Assembly: GCA_050290185.1 (NCBI GenBank)
Contig: JBNKHE010000002.1
Location: 160,001-224,000, forward strand
DNA: 64,000 nucleotides
Origin: Pontiella sp.
GTDB taxonomy: Bacteria; Verrucomicrobiota; Kiritimatiellia; Kiritimatiellales; Pontiellaceae
Direction of reading: 5' to 3'
Position numbers and translations under genes: made by a program. Shown piece by piece: positions 28,955 to 38,224 of this stretch; position 1 is the stretch's first letter, and every line of letters begins with the position of its first letter. The notes under the pieces were generated by a model. That model searched no databases and was not told the DNA's origin. It worked only from the letters and a program-made list of their open reading frames with translations.

Positions 28955-29608
28955 ATGACCAAGAAACAACGCGCCGAATACATTGCCCGCAAGCTCGACG
29001 AGCTCTATCCCGAAATCCCCATCCCGCTCGATCATACCGATGCCTATACCCTGCTGATCGCCGTACTGCTCTCGGCGCAGTGCACCGACAAGCGCGTCAA
29101 CATGGTCACGCCCGCCCTGTTCGCCAAAGCCTCCACGCCGCAGGAAATGGCGAAGCTTTCCGTAGAGGAAATTCTTGAATGCATCAAAACCTGCGGGCTC
29201 GCCAACAGCAAGGCGAAGAACATTAAGCGCCTATCGGAAATGCTGGTCGAAAAATACGACGACGAAGTGCCGCACACGTTCAAGGAGTTGGAACAACTGC
29301 CGGGCGTGGGCCACAAGACCGCCAGCGTCGTAATGATCCACGCTTTCAAGATTCCGGCCTTCCCGGTCGATACCCATATCCACCGCCTCGCCCAGCGCTG
29401 GGGGCTCACCAACGGGAAAAACGTCGAGCAGACCGAGGCCGACTGTAAAAAGCTGTGGCCGCCGGAGGATTGGGAAAAGCTCCATCTGCAGATCATCACC
29501 TACGGCCGTGAACATTGCACCGCCCGCGGCTGCGACGGCACCAAGTGCGAAATCTGCCGCACCACCCATCCAAACCGCAAAAAGCCTTTCGTTGCGAACA
29601 AGGCGTAG
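28955..29608 (+). CDS. nth: Endonuclease III
   Basis: LLSAQCTD, HhH LPGVGHKTA, VDTHIHR, C-terminal Cys cluster. Confidence 0.95.
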   Translation: MTKKQRAEYIARKLDELYPEIPIPLDHTDAYTLLIAVLLSAQCTDKRVNMVTPALFAKASTPQEMAKLSVEEILECIKTCGLANSKAKNIKRLSEMLVEKYDDEVPHTFKELEQLPGVGHKTASVVMIHAFKIPAFPVDTHIHRLAQRWGLTNGKNVEQTEADCKKLWPPEDWEKLHLQIITYGREHCTARGCDGTKCEICRTTHPNRKKPFVANKA

Positions 29609-29619
29609 CCTAAAGGCTC

Positions 29620-32511
29620 TTAGCTACGGGTAATCTGCAATCCCGTTTCGGAGAGCGAGAAATCGACGAAACGTGCGCCGTTGTTGGGCGGATCGTTTTC
29701 GAGCCGTTGCCGGATACGCAAAGCCGCATCGGCATCCCGGGCAATCATGAACAGATAACCTCCTCCACCGGCACCCAGTAACTTGGCGGCGGCCAGATCA
29801 TCGCCTGCCTGATCAAGGATGCTTTGCACAGCAGGAGGATTGGTTCCGGGGTCGAGTTGCTTGTTCAGCGACCAACTACGCCGCACGGCATCCGCGAACC
29901 CCGCGAAATCGTGCCGCTGAATCGCGTCGTGGCAAAAACCGGCCGCCTGCGCAATGGCATCGACGGTCGCCAACCGGTCCTGCGAGTTGAGGAAGATACC
30001 GCGCACGATTTCCCCGAGAATATCATGCGCCACACGGGTGATTCCGGTGTAGTAGAGCAGCATGCGCGCCTTTTCGGGGCCTTGGAAAAACCGGCCCGGA
30101 AGCCAGCGCACCTCCGGCTCCTGCTGCAGCCCGGGAACCGTCTTGACCAGCTTTATGCCCGGAAAGATTCCGCCAACCTGATCCTGCCATCCACCGCCGC
30201 TGGTCAGCAGCTGCTCCAGCGCCAGCGTCCGCTGCGCAATTTCAACCCGATCCCAAGCCAGCCCGCCGAAATCGGACAATACGCCGAGAATGGTGGCCGC
30301 GAGGATGCTGCTGGTGCCAAGCCCCGATCCTTTTGGGATGGCCGAGAGCATCGAAATTTCCACCCCGCCGCCCATGTCGCGTAGCTGTTCTTCGAGCGAA
30401 GCGTAGCGACCTCCGTTAAAATCCGGATGGAATCCCGCTAGGGCGAAGGCCGCGCGGGCGAGCGTGAAGCCGCTATCCAGTTGGTCGTAGGCCCGGACAT
30501 CGTCGTAGGTTTCCAGTTGTTCGGCCAGTCCAAGATCGATGGAACGGATGGTCAGCACAGGTTGGTCGGTCTGGCGGGCAAACACCTGGATGGGCGGCTG
30601 GCCGTTTAGTTCAATCGCGATATTCAGCACGGCACCGCCATGCTCCAGACTGTACGGCGGCGTATCGGCCCAGCCGCCGGCAAAGTCCATCCGCACCGGG
30701 CAGCGTCCCCAGACAATCTGGTCCTTCAGCAGAGTACAGGAAGGCACGACCGGGTTCTGCCGGTAGGGATCGACGATGAGGTCGCGCAATACCTGAAAAG
30801 CTTCCTTTTCGGCGGCCTCCCAGTTTGCGTCGCCACGGCGGCGCATCACGGCGGCGCGGAACATGCGGTCGTGCAGGGCGATCATCGGGTTGCGCAGATT
30901 GGCTATCTCCACCGGCGCCGGCAATTCATACGCACCTTCCGCGTACAGGTCAGCCACCGCCTCTAGATCGAGCTTGTAGAACACGCTGTGCTCGGCATGG
31001 CGGGCCATGACTGGCAGGGCCGATTTACACAGGATATTGCGCTGTGCATACATGCGTTCTAGATTGGCCGACTGACTCAACTGGCGAGCCGATAGACGCC
31101 GGGCCTCCAGCCACATGCTTCGCCATTTTTCCGACTCCTCGGGCTCCGCTGCGAACATCCATTTCACAAAACCGGCCTCGAAGGTTTCCATGACCGGGAA
31201 GAGCGGAGCCAGCTGCAAATCGCAATCCGGCTCAATCCCGGCCGCTTCGAGTGAAATGCCACGAGCGTCGAACCATTGGATTGCCGGACGGTTTATCCAG
31301 CGCGTCGCAGCGTTGCCCATCGGACCGCGGAACGCATCGAAATATCCATAAACCCGCAATGCGGTTGCCTGTTGCACGGGAACGAAATCGAGGCAAACGC
31401 CGTTTTCCAGCTCCAGCTCCCAGTCGTTTTCCGGCACCCCGGTCAGAATGTTTTCCGCAGCGATGCGCCAACTGGCCGGAACATGGCTGTTTTCAACCCA
31501 CAGCGAATGGTTTTCCTCCCGGCGCAGCGGGGCGCGGAAATCGGAGTTCTGGATGAACTGCCGCGGCTGGGCCATGGAAGGAACCGCTCCAAGTTTGGAT
31601 TGATCGGCGACGATGTTCTGGAGTTCGTAGATGGATTGCATCATGTCGCCGCAGGTGCCGAAGTGGTAGAATTCCGCGTCGGGAAGCGGAACCACGGCGG
31701 TTGTTAACTGCCCGACTTCGGCATCCTGGTCAACCGGCTCTGAGCCGAGACTGAGTGCCCAGCGGCCGTACAAATCATACGTATCCGGCAGGTCGTTGCC
31801 GAAGGCCTGAAGCTCGGTGTTCCAGCCGCTCTTTTTCATGAGGCAGTTTACGGCCCGCTCGCTCAACAGCCAGATCCCGACATCGATCAGGAAGGCTTGG
31901 TCTCGCGACTTTTCGCGGATGAGGCCGGGCGCCGGTTTTTGCAGGAAGGTTACCAACTTTTCCGGATGATCCGGGTCGCAGAACATGACGCCGAAATTCT
32001 GCGCCTCCTCCGGCGTTACCCAAAGCCCGAAAAACACCACGTCGGCTTCCGGAATGGCGGGCAAGGGGCCATTGAGACGAACGAATACATCGCCGCTGGC
32101 GACCATCGTCCGCGCGTTGTCGGATGCGGACTGCGCCAGCTGCTGCAAGGTCGGCTCAGCAAGGTCGAGCAAAGTCTGATCGAGGTGCTGGCCCAGCGCC
32201 CAGCGAAAGACGGGAATGGGAATGAAGAGTTTTCCGGGCGCGGCATAGGGAGGAAGGCGGCGGCTTTCCCCTCCTCCGTGGATGATCAGCTTGCCGCTCT
32301 TTTCCAACCAGTCGGAAAACGAGGATTCGCCGGAATCCCGCCAGGCCTGCTCCAACACATACGCCGTACCGCCGCCGGAACCCAGCTGGCGTCCCGGCGG
32401 ATCGAACGTGAAAAAGCTGCGCTGGGCCACGGACGGCTCGCAAACCGGAAGATGCTTGCACATGTTCGGAGGAAGAGAGAGAAGCAGATCAAAGCTGGAC
32501 GATGTTTTCAT
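29620..32511 (-). CDS. fkp: Bifunctional L-fucokinase / GDP-L-fucose pyrophosphorylase
   Basis: LGSGGGT, HGGGESRRLP, FYHFGT (pyrophosphorylase); PVRMDFAGGWADTPP, PKGSGLGTSS, GGGWQDQ, GAGGGG (GHMP kinase). Confidence 0.93.
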   Translation of the reverse strand: MKTSSSFDLLLSLPPNMCKHLPVCEPSVAQRSFFTFDPPGRQLGSGGGTAYVLEQAWRDSGESSFSDWLEKSGKLIIHGGGESRRLPPYAAPGKLFIPIPVFRWALGQHLDQTLLDLAEPTLQQLAQSASDNARTMVASGDVFVRLNGPLPAIPEADVVFFGLWVTPEEAQNFGVMFCDPDHPEKLVTFLQKPAPGLIREKSRDQAFLIDVGIWLLSERAVNCLMKKSGWNTELQAFGNDLPDTYDLYGRWALSLGSEPVDQDAEVGQLTTAVVPLPDAEFYHFGTCGDMMQSIYELQNIVADQSKLGAVPSMAQPRQFIQNSDFRAPLRREENHSLWVENSHVPASWRIAAENILTGVPENDWELELENGVCLDFVPVQQATALRVYGYFDAFRGPMGNAATRWINRPAIQWFDARGISLEAAGIEPDCDLQLAPLFPVMETFEAGFVKWMFAAEPEESEKWRSMWLEARRLSARQLSQSANLERMYAQRNILCKSALPVMARHAEHSVFYKLDLEAVADLYAEGAYELPAPVEIANLRNPMIALHDRMFRAAVMRRRGDANWEAAEKEAFQVLRDLIVDPYRQNPVVPSCTLLKDQIVWGRCPVRMDFAGGWADTPPYSLEHGGAVLNIAIELNGQPPIQVFARQTDQPVLTIRSIDLGLAEQLETYDDVRAYDQLDSGFTLARAAFALAGFHPDFNGGRYASLEEQLRDMGGGVEISMLSAIPKGSGLGTSSILAATILGVLSDFGGLAWDRVEIAQRTLALEQLLTSGGGWQDQVGGIFPGIKLVKTVPGLQQEPEVRWLPGRFFQGPEKARMLLYYTGITRVAHDILGEIVRGIFLNSQDRLATVDAIAQAAGFCHDAIQRHDFAGFADAVRRSWSLNKQLDPGTNPPAVQSILDQAGDDLAAAKLLGAGGGGYLFMIARDADAALRIRQRLENDPPNNGARFVDFSLSETGLQITRS

Positions 32512-32601
32512 TCCGGCACGGTAGCAAAACAGAAAGTGAAAATACAATAGGCGCGGCGGGCGGATAAAAGGGAATCGCAAAATCCCGGCTTGTTTCCCAT
32601 T

Positions 32602-32617
32602 CTTGACCCTCGTCAAG
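32602..32617. promoter_or_regulatory. FNR/Dnr/HcpR-type operator
   Basis: Palindrome CTTGAC-CCTC-GTCAAG (TTGA-N6-TCAA) about 60 nt upstream of the ferredoxin start. Confidence 0.75.
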
Positions 32618-32675
32618 GAACCCTTTCCCGGGGTATGGCAACGTGAGTCCAACAATTTACGAAAAGGAGCACACC

Positions 32676-33485
32676 ATGAAACGCAAGATTATAGAAATCA
32701 ACGAAGACCTCTGCAACGGTTGCGGCGACTGCATCGTCGGCTGTGCGGAAGGTGCACTGCAACTGGTCGATGGCAAAGCCAAGCTCGTGAAGGAAAATTT
32801 CTGCGACGGCTTCGGCGATTGCGTCGGTACCTGCCCGACCGGCGCATTGCAGATCATCGAACGTGAAGCGGAAGAATTCGACGAAGAGGCCACGATCGAG
32901 CACGTCCGCAACATTGGTGGCGAGGAAGCCGTCAAGCGCATGCTCAACGCCGCCGACGAACACGAAGCAAAGGAGAAAGCCATGAACGATTCCAAACCGA
33001 AAATGGGCGGATGCCCCGGAATGCAGGTTCGCTTCGGCAACAAGCCGAAAACGAAACAGCCCCAAACGAATACCGAAACCATTTCCGGCCAAGTCATCAA
33101 ATCCGACCTTGAGCAATGGCCGATCCAGCTTCATCTCGTTCCGCCGACCGCCCCGTTTTTCGATGGCAAGGAACTGGTGGTATTGAGCACGTGCTCACCG
33201 ATCGCTTCACCGGATGTGCATTGGCGCTTTGTCCGCGGCCGCTCGCTCGTGGTCGCTTGCCCGAAGCTCGACCGCACGGAAGGCTATGTCGAAAAGCTCG
33301 CCGCGATCATGGCCCAGAACAATATCCCCAAGGTCATCATCGTCCGCATGCAGGTTCCCTGTTGCGGAGGACTAACCATGATCACCAAGCAAGCCCACGC
33401 CGCCAGCGGACGCACCGATCTGGTCGTGGAGGAAGTCACCATTGGACTCGATGGCGAGTTGTTGAAAACCGAAATCATCAGTTAA
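32676..33485 (+). CDS. 4Fe-4S dicluster ferredoxin-domain protein
   Basis: CNGCGDCIVGC, CDGFGDCVGTCP, GGCPG, QWPIQLHLV, ACPKLD, MQVPCCGG; AAGGAG RBS. Confidence 0.9.
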   Translation: MKRKIIEINEDLCNGCGDCIVGCAEGALQLVDGKAKLVKENFCDGFGDCVGTCPTGALQIIEREAEEFDEEATIEHVRNIGGEEAVKRMLNAADEHEAKEKAMNDSKPKMGGCPGMQVRFGNKPKTKQPQTNTETISGQVIKSDLEQWPIQLHLVPPTAPFFDGKELVVLSTCSPIASPDVHWRFVRGRSLVVACPKLDRTEGYVEKLAAIMAQNNIPKVIIVRMQVPCCGGLTMITKQAHAASGRTDLVVEEVTIGLDGELLKTEIIS

Positions 33486-33541
33486 CCACAAAATACACAG
33501 GAATCACAAAAACCTGCGATCTTGAGTATTTTGTGGTTAAC
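33481..33541. repeat. Palindromic intergenic element with perfect 16-bp terminal inverted repeats
   Basis: GTTAACCACAAAATAC (33481-33496) / GTATTTTGTGGTTAAC (33526-33541). Confidence 0.8.
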
Positions 33542-33550
33542 AAACCGGAG

Positions 33551-33886
33551 ATGGACATGAATGATTTTAAAGGAAAAGCATTGAACTTGAAGGCGGAGAT
33601 CACCTACGCCGACGGTGCGGTGATCAGCAAGACTCTGCTGAAAAAGCAGACCGGCAACATCACCCTGTTTTCGTTCGACAAGGGCCAGGGACTCAGCGAA
33701 CACACCTCGCCGTTCGACGCGGTGGTTCAAGTGGTCGAAGGCGAAGGTGCATTCATCATCGACGGCGAACTGAAGACCGTAAAGGAAGGCGAACTGATCA
33801 TCATGCCCGCCAACATTCCCCACGATGTCCAAGCCGCCGAGCAGCCGTTCAAGATGCTGCTGACCATGATTCGTTCGGAGAATTAA
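33551..33886 (+). CDS. Cupin domain protein (start 33551 or 33557)
   Basis: LFSFDKGQGLSEHTSP and MPANIPHDV cupin motifs. Confidence 0.9.
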   Translation: MDMNDFKGKALNLKAEITYADGAVISKTLLKKQTGNITLFSFDKGQGLSEHTSPFDAVVQVVEGEGAFIIDGELKTVKEGELIIMPANIPHDVQAAEQPFKMLLTMIRSEN

Positions 33887-33954
33887 ACACAAAGGCTCAA
33901 AGAACACGAAGCACCAAGCCGCTCTTCTTGGAGTCCTTCGTGTCTTGGTGTTTA
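33884..33954. repeat. Palindromic intergenic element between convergent genes
   Basis: Nested inverted repeats TAAACAC/GTGTTTA, ACACGAAG/CTTCGTGT, CCAAG/CTTGG. Confidence 0.65.
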
Positions 33955-33956
33955 TC

Positions 33957-34607
33957 TCATTCCAGCCATTTCCATGGGTTGGATAGGATGCGGATTTCCT
34001 TGCCTTTCCAGTCTATGATTTCGTCATCGGTCAGGCGCAGGATCAGGCGGGAAAGGCTTTCGGGCGTGGTGCCGATGGCGGCGGCGATGTCCTTTTTCGA
34101 CAGGGGAGTTTTGATGGTTTCCTGCTCACCGTACTGGCTACGCAGGAACGTGAAAAAGCGATGCTCGACATCCTTGGTCGTCAATTCCTGGATGCGTTCG
34201 GTCAAATAGCGCTGTTTGGCCAGCAACATGGCGATGAAGTCGCGCCGGAAGTCCTCTTCCGCCAGCAGCCGATGTATGCCTTCGCGCGGGAAAGCCAGAC
34301 TGTCGACGTTCGTGACGGCGCGGGCCGAAACCGGGTAGCGCTCCTTTTCGAACAGCACCACCTCGGCAAACACATCGCCGGGCTTGATCATGCGGATGAC
34401 CACTTCGCGCCCATCTTCGGTGTTCTTGTGCAGTTGGATGTTGCCGCCGATCAGCAGGAACATGCATCCGCCTTTTTCGCCCTCGTGGAAGAGATAGTCG
34501 CGCTTCTTCACTGTCTGCACGGAACAAATCCGCGCCAGCTCTTTCCGGTGCGTGTCCGACAGGCCCTTGAAGAAGGTGGTGTTCGTTATCAGCTTTTCAA
34601 TATCCAT
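33957..34607 (-). CDS. Crp/Fnr family transcriptional regulator (HcpR/Dnr-like)
   Basis: LFHEGE, GDVFAEV, YPVSA and HTH IAAAIGTTPESLSR; no FNR-type Cys cluster. Confidence 0.93.
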   Translation of the reverse strand: MDIEKLITNTTFFKGLSDTHRKELARICSVQTVKKRDYLFHEGEKGGCMFLLIGGNIQLHKNTEDGREVVIRMIKPGDVFAEVVLFEKERYPVSARAVTNVDSLAFPREGIHRLLAEEDFRRDFIAMLLAKQRYLTERIQELTTKDVEHRFFTFLRSQYGEQETIKTPLSKKDIAAAIGTTPESLSRLILRLTDDEIIDWKGKEIRILSNPWKWLE

Positions 34608-34808
34608 GCCGACCACTTTGCCCATCCATGCCGCACCTTTCAACGGCAATGTGTCCACAGAAGGCCGCAAAGCAACCTTCGCTATCTTTGCGCTCTTCTG
34701 TTTGGAATTCCGGGATCCTCGGTGTTCTCCGTGGTGAATTAGTTCCTATTTCCCGGTTCATTTTTCCCAGGGTTGGCGATAGGCTGACGTCACTATTTGG
34801 AGAGTTGT

Positions 34809-35348
34809 ATGTTTCTGTTTGGAAAGAATGAAAAAACCTGCGTGCGGATTCCGCTGGAAACCAAGGGCAAGCTGTATGTCAGCCCGATGCCGTTCGGCCC
34901 CTACGATCCGGGAAACGCCCTGCTTAAGGTGTATAGGCAAAAGAACATCGCCTTTGTGGTCATGCTCGTCACCGATGTGGAGCTGGCGAAAAAAGCCAAG
35001 CGCGACGTCATCGGTATCTACAAGAAACACGGCATTGAGCCCATCCGCTTCCCCTTTGCCGACTACACCAGCCCCGAACTCCACCAGTTCTCGAAGGTGG
35101 TCGACCAGGCGGCAGGCTACCTGCGCGCCGGGGCCAACGTCGCCGTGCACTGCAACGCCGGCGTCGGGCGCACCGGCGTCATGACCTGCTGTATCGTGCG
35201 CGATATCATGAAAATCCCGGCTCAGGAAGCGATCGAATACGTAAAGCAGCACATGCAAACCAAAATGACCGACGAGCAAATGCGCCTCGTCGGGCGTTTC
35301 AAGACGCTCGAAGAACGCGTTAAAGGACAGACAGAGGCAACATCATGA
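34809..35348 (+). CDS. Dual-specificity / tyrosine protein phosphatase family protein
   Basis: VHCNAGVGRTG CX5R P-loop; FPFAD general-acid loop. Confidence 0.9.
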   Translation: MFLFGKNEKTCVRIPLETKGKLYVSPMPFGPYDPGNALLKVYRQKNIAFVVMLVTDVELAKKAKRDVIGIYKKHGIEPIRFPFADYTSPELHQFSKVVDQAAGYLRAGANVAVHCNAGVGRTGVMTCCIVRDIMKIPAQEAIEYVKQHMQTKMTDEQMRLVGRFKTLEERVKGQTEATS

Positions 35349-35812
35349 AATGGATCGATAATCATTTGGTATCAGAAATGATGGAGCGCGCCGTCGACAG
35401 CGATCGCAAACGCACCAACCACAACCTGCATGAATCTGCCGAAGACCCGGTTCAGCGCTATTGCATTGCCGCGACCAGGGACTCCTACTTCCGCCCGCAC
35501 CGCCATCCCGGAAACTGGGAGGTTGCCATCGTCTTCCGCGGCCAGTTTGAATTCATCGTATTCGATGACGATGGAAACATCATCGAATGCCACACCGTCG
35601 GCCCCAACACCGGCAAGAATGGCTTCGAGATTGAAGCCAACCGCTGGCATTGCTGGCTTCCGCTCACCGATGAAGGCGTGTTCTTCGAAGTCAAGCAGGG
35701 ACCATACGACCCCGCCAACGCCGCTGAATTCGCCCCCTGGGCCCCAGAGGAAGGAACCGAACAAGTCAGGGATTACGTCGAACAACTGCGGAATCACGCC
35801 AACACGCAATAG
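35345..35812 (+). CDS. WbuC family cupin-fold metalloprotein
   Basis: RKRTNHNLH, DPVQR, RPHRH, WH, EVKQGPY, FAPWAPEE; ATGA overlap with the upstream gene. Confidence 0.88.
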   Translation: MKWIDNHLVSEMMERAVDSDRKRTNHNLHESAEDPVQRYCIAATRDSYFRPHRHPGNWEVAIVFRGQFEFIVFDDDGNIIECHTVGPNTGKNGFEIEANRWHCWLPLTDEGVFFEVKQGPYDPANAAEFAPWAPEEGTEQVRDYVEQLRNHANTQ

Positions 35813-35872
35813 CCGGTATTTTCACAACCTCAAGGAGTACGCGTTTATTGCGCAGCGACGTCACAAGACGGC

Positions 35873-35901
35873 TTGGCATACCCGTTGAAAAACAGTAGAT
35901 T
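35873..35901 (+). promoter_or_regulatory. Putative hemB promoter
   Basis: TTGGCA-N17-TAGATT upstream of the GGAGG RBS. Confidence 0.55.
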
Positions 35902-35935
35902 CTCCCCTCGATTTTAGAAATGGAGGACGTTTTCC

Positions 35936-36916
35936 ATGTTTCCCGAAGTACGACTTAGACGCCTGCGCCAGAACGCCTCGATCCGGCGCATGATCGATGC
36001 CCCCCTGCCCGGCCCCGAAAAATTCATGTGGCCGACGTTCGTGATCGACGGCGAAGGCAAGCGCGAGGAGATTGAATCCATGCCCGGCCAATGCCGGCTG
36101 AGCATCGACCAGTTGCTCGTCGACCTCGAACCGCTTGTTGAAACCGGCATCGGCAGCGTCCTGCTCTTCGGCCTCGCCGAGGATTCCCAAAAGGATTTCC
36201 AGGGAACGGAAGCCTACAACGACAACGGCACCGTCCAGCGCGCCATTCGTGCCGTGAAGCAGGAATTTCCCGACCTGGTTGTTGCGGCCGACGCCTGCGT
36301 ATGCGCCTATACCGACCACGGCCACTGCGGACCGTTGACCAAATCGGGCGCTGTGGATAACGATCTCGCGATCGCCAACCTCGCCAAGATTTGCGTATCG
36401 CATGCTGCCGCCGGTGCCGACATCGTGGCACCGAGCGCAATGATGGACGGGCAAATCCAGGCGATCCGCGCCGGACTCGACCACAACGGCCTCAAGGATG
36501 CCATCCTGATGAGCTATTCCACCAAGTTTGCCTCCTCCATGTACGGCCCGTTCCGCGATGCGGAAAAATCCAAACCCGGACAAGGCGACCGCAAAGGATA
36601 CCAGGCTTCATCGGGCGATCTTCGCACGGCCCTGCGCGAATCGGAATTCGATGAAGCCGAAGGCGCGGACATGCTGATGATCAAGCCATCGCTCTTCTAC
36701 CTCGATGTCCTCGCCAAAATGCGCGAAGCCACCGATCTTCCGATCGCGGCCTACAACGTCAGCGGCGAATACTCCATGCTCCACGCCACCGCCCAGCGCG
36801 GTTGGGGCGACCTCAAGGGCATGGTGCAGGAATCGACGGCCGCACTGGTTCGCGCCGGCACAGACATTCTCATTTCCTACTGGGCTAACCAGTACAACGA
36901 ACTTTTCAGGAACTAG
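35936..36916 (+). CDS. hemB: Porphobilinogen synthase (Zn-binding Cys type)
   Basis: RLRRLR, DACVCAYTDHGHCG, APSAMMDG, YGPFRDA, MIKP, AYNVSGEY. Confidence 0.97.
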   Translation: MFPEVRLRRLRQNASIRRMIDAPLPGPEKFMWPTFVIDGEGKREEIESMPGQCRLSIDQLLVDLEPLVETGIGSVLLFGLAEDSQKDFQGTEAYNDNGTVQRAIRAVKQEFPDLVVAADACVCAYTDHGHCGPLTKSGAVDNDLAIANLAKICVSHAAAGADIVAPSAMMDGQIQAIRAGLDHNGLKDAILMSYSTKFASSMYGPFRDAEKSKPGQGDRKGYQASSGDLRTALRESEFDEAEGADMLMIKPSLFYLDVLAKMREATDLPIAAYNVSGEYSMLHATAQRGWGDLKGMVQESTAALVRAGTDILISYWANQYNELFRN

Positions 36917-36922
36917 CATATT

Positions 36923-38185
36923 ATGAATTCAGCAGCATGGTTTGAGCGGGCGAAGAAAGTGATTCCCGGCGGTGTAAACAGCCCGGTGCGCGCCTTCAAC
37001 GGCGTAGGCGGAACCCCGGTGTATTTCAAGTCGGGCAAAGGGGCGAAGGTACAGACCGAAGACGGCACCGAACTGATTGATTTTTGCGGATCGTGGGGAC
37101 CATTGATCCTTGGTCATGCACGCGAAGAGATTGTTGAGGTCGTGGCCAAAACCGCAGCCGATGGACTGAGCTTCGGCGCCAATACCGCAAAGGAAGCCGA
37201 GTTTGCCGAACTAATCTGCACACAGGTTCCCGAAATGGACATGGTGCGCCTCGTCAGCTCCGGAACCGAAGCAGTGATGACGGCTATCCGGCTCGCCCGC
37301 GGCGTGACCGGTCGCCGCAAGATCGTCAAATTTGATGGTTGCTACCACGGCCATTCCGACTACCTGCTCGTCGCCTCCGGCAGCGGACTGCTGACTGGCG
37401 GAATCTCCTCCTCCGCCGGCGTTTCGCCCGCCGCCACCGAAGAGGTCTTCGTAGCACCCTACAACGACCTCGCCGCCGTCCAGGAAATACTGAAGAACAA
37501 TGGCGACGAGATCGCCGCCGTCATCGTCGAACCGATTGCGGGAAACATGGGGCTGGTGGAACCGGCTTCCGGATTTCTTGAAGGTCTGCGCGCCGCCACC
37601 GCCGACTGCGGCGCTCTGCTGATCTTCGACGAAGTCATTAACGGCTTCCGCCTCGGCCCAACTACCTTTGGGCATATGGCTGGCATCAATCCCGACATTA
37701 CGACGCTTGGTAAAATCATCGGCGGCGGCATGCCCATCGGCGCCATTGGCGGCAACAGGGAAATCATGTCGCACCTTGCTCCGGTCGGCCCGGTTTATCA
37801 GGCCGGTACGTTGAGTGGAAACCCGGTTGCCGTTGCCGCCGGCATGAAAACGATTGAACTGCTCCGCGACGAAAGCCCCTATCTGAAAATGGAAATCCTC
37901 GGAAAGCGCCTGGCCGCCGGCATCAATCGTATCGCCGCCGAAAAGGGATTGGATCTGCACTGTGCCCAGCGCGGCGGCATGTTCACGCCCTTCTTCCGCA
38001 AGGAAGCCGTCCATAATCTCGACGATTCGAAAGCCTGCGATGCCAAGGCGCATGCCCGCTACTTCCACCATATGCTGGTGAACGGCTTCTATACGCCGCC
38101 GAGCGCCTTCGAGGTCGCCTTCGTCTCCGCGGCCCATACCGAAACCGAAATCGACGAATTCTTGGATGCCTTTGTAAAACTGTAG
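36923..38185 (+). CDS. hemL: Glutamate-1-semialdehyde 2,1-aminomutase
   Basis: PGGVNSPVRAF, SSGTEA, GCYHGH, FDEV, GKIIGGG, YQAGTLSGNP. Confidence 0.97.
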   Translation: MNSAAWFERAKKVIPGGVNSPVRAFNGVGGTPVYFKSGKGAKVQTEDGTELIDFCGSWGPLILGHAREEIVEVVAKTAADGLSFGANTAKEAEFAELICTQVPEMDMVRLVSSGTEAVMTAIRLARGVTGRRKIVKFDGCYHGHSDYLLVASGSGLLTGGISSSAGVSPAATEEVFVAPYNDLAAVQEILKNNGDEIAAVIVEPIAGNMGLVEPASGFLEGLRAATADCGALLIFDEVINGFRLGPTTFGHMAGINPDITTLGKIIGGGMPIGAIGGNREIMSHLAPVGPVYQAGTLSGNPVAVAAGMKTIELLRDESPYLKMEILGKRLAAGINRIAAEKGLDLHCAQRGGMFTPFFRKEAVHNLDDSKACDAKAHARYFHHMLVNGFYTPPSAFEVAFVSAAHTETEIDEFLDAFVKL

Positions 38186-38224
38186 CTTGAACACTCACGA
38201 CTCACATTTCACTCGTCACCAACC

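Noticed and set aside
33116..33550. 145-aa N-terminal extension of the cupin ORF, suggesting a frameshift fusion with the ferredoxin gene
   Set aside because: The extension is an off-frame reading of the ferredoxin gene with non-protein-like composition; the cupin has its own GGAG RBS and I saw no slippery site
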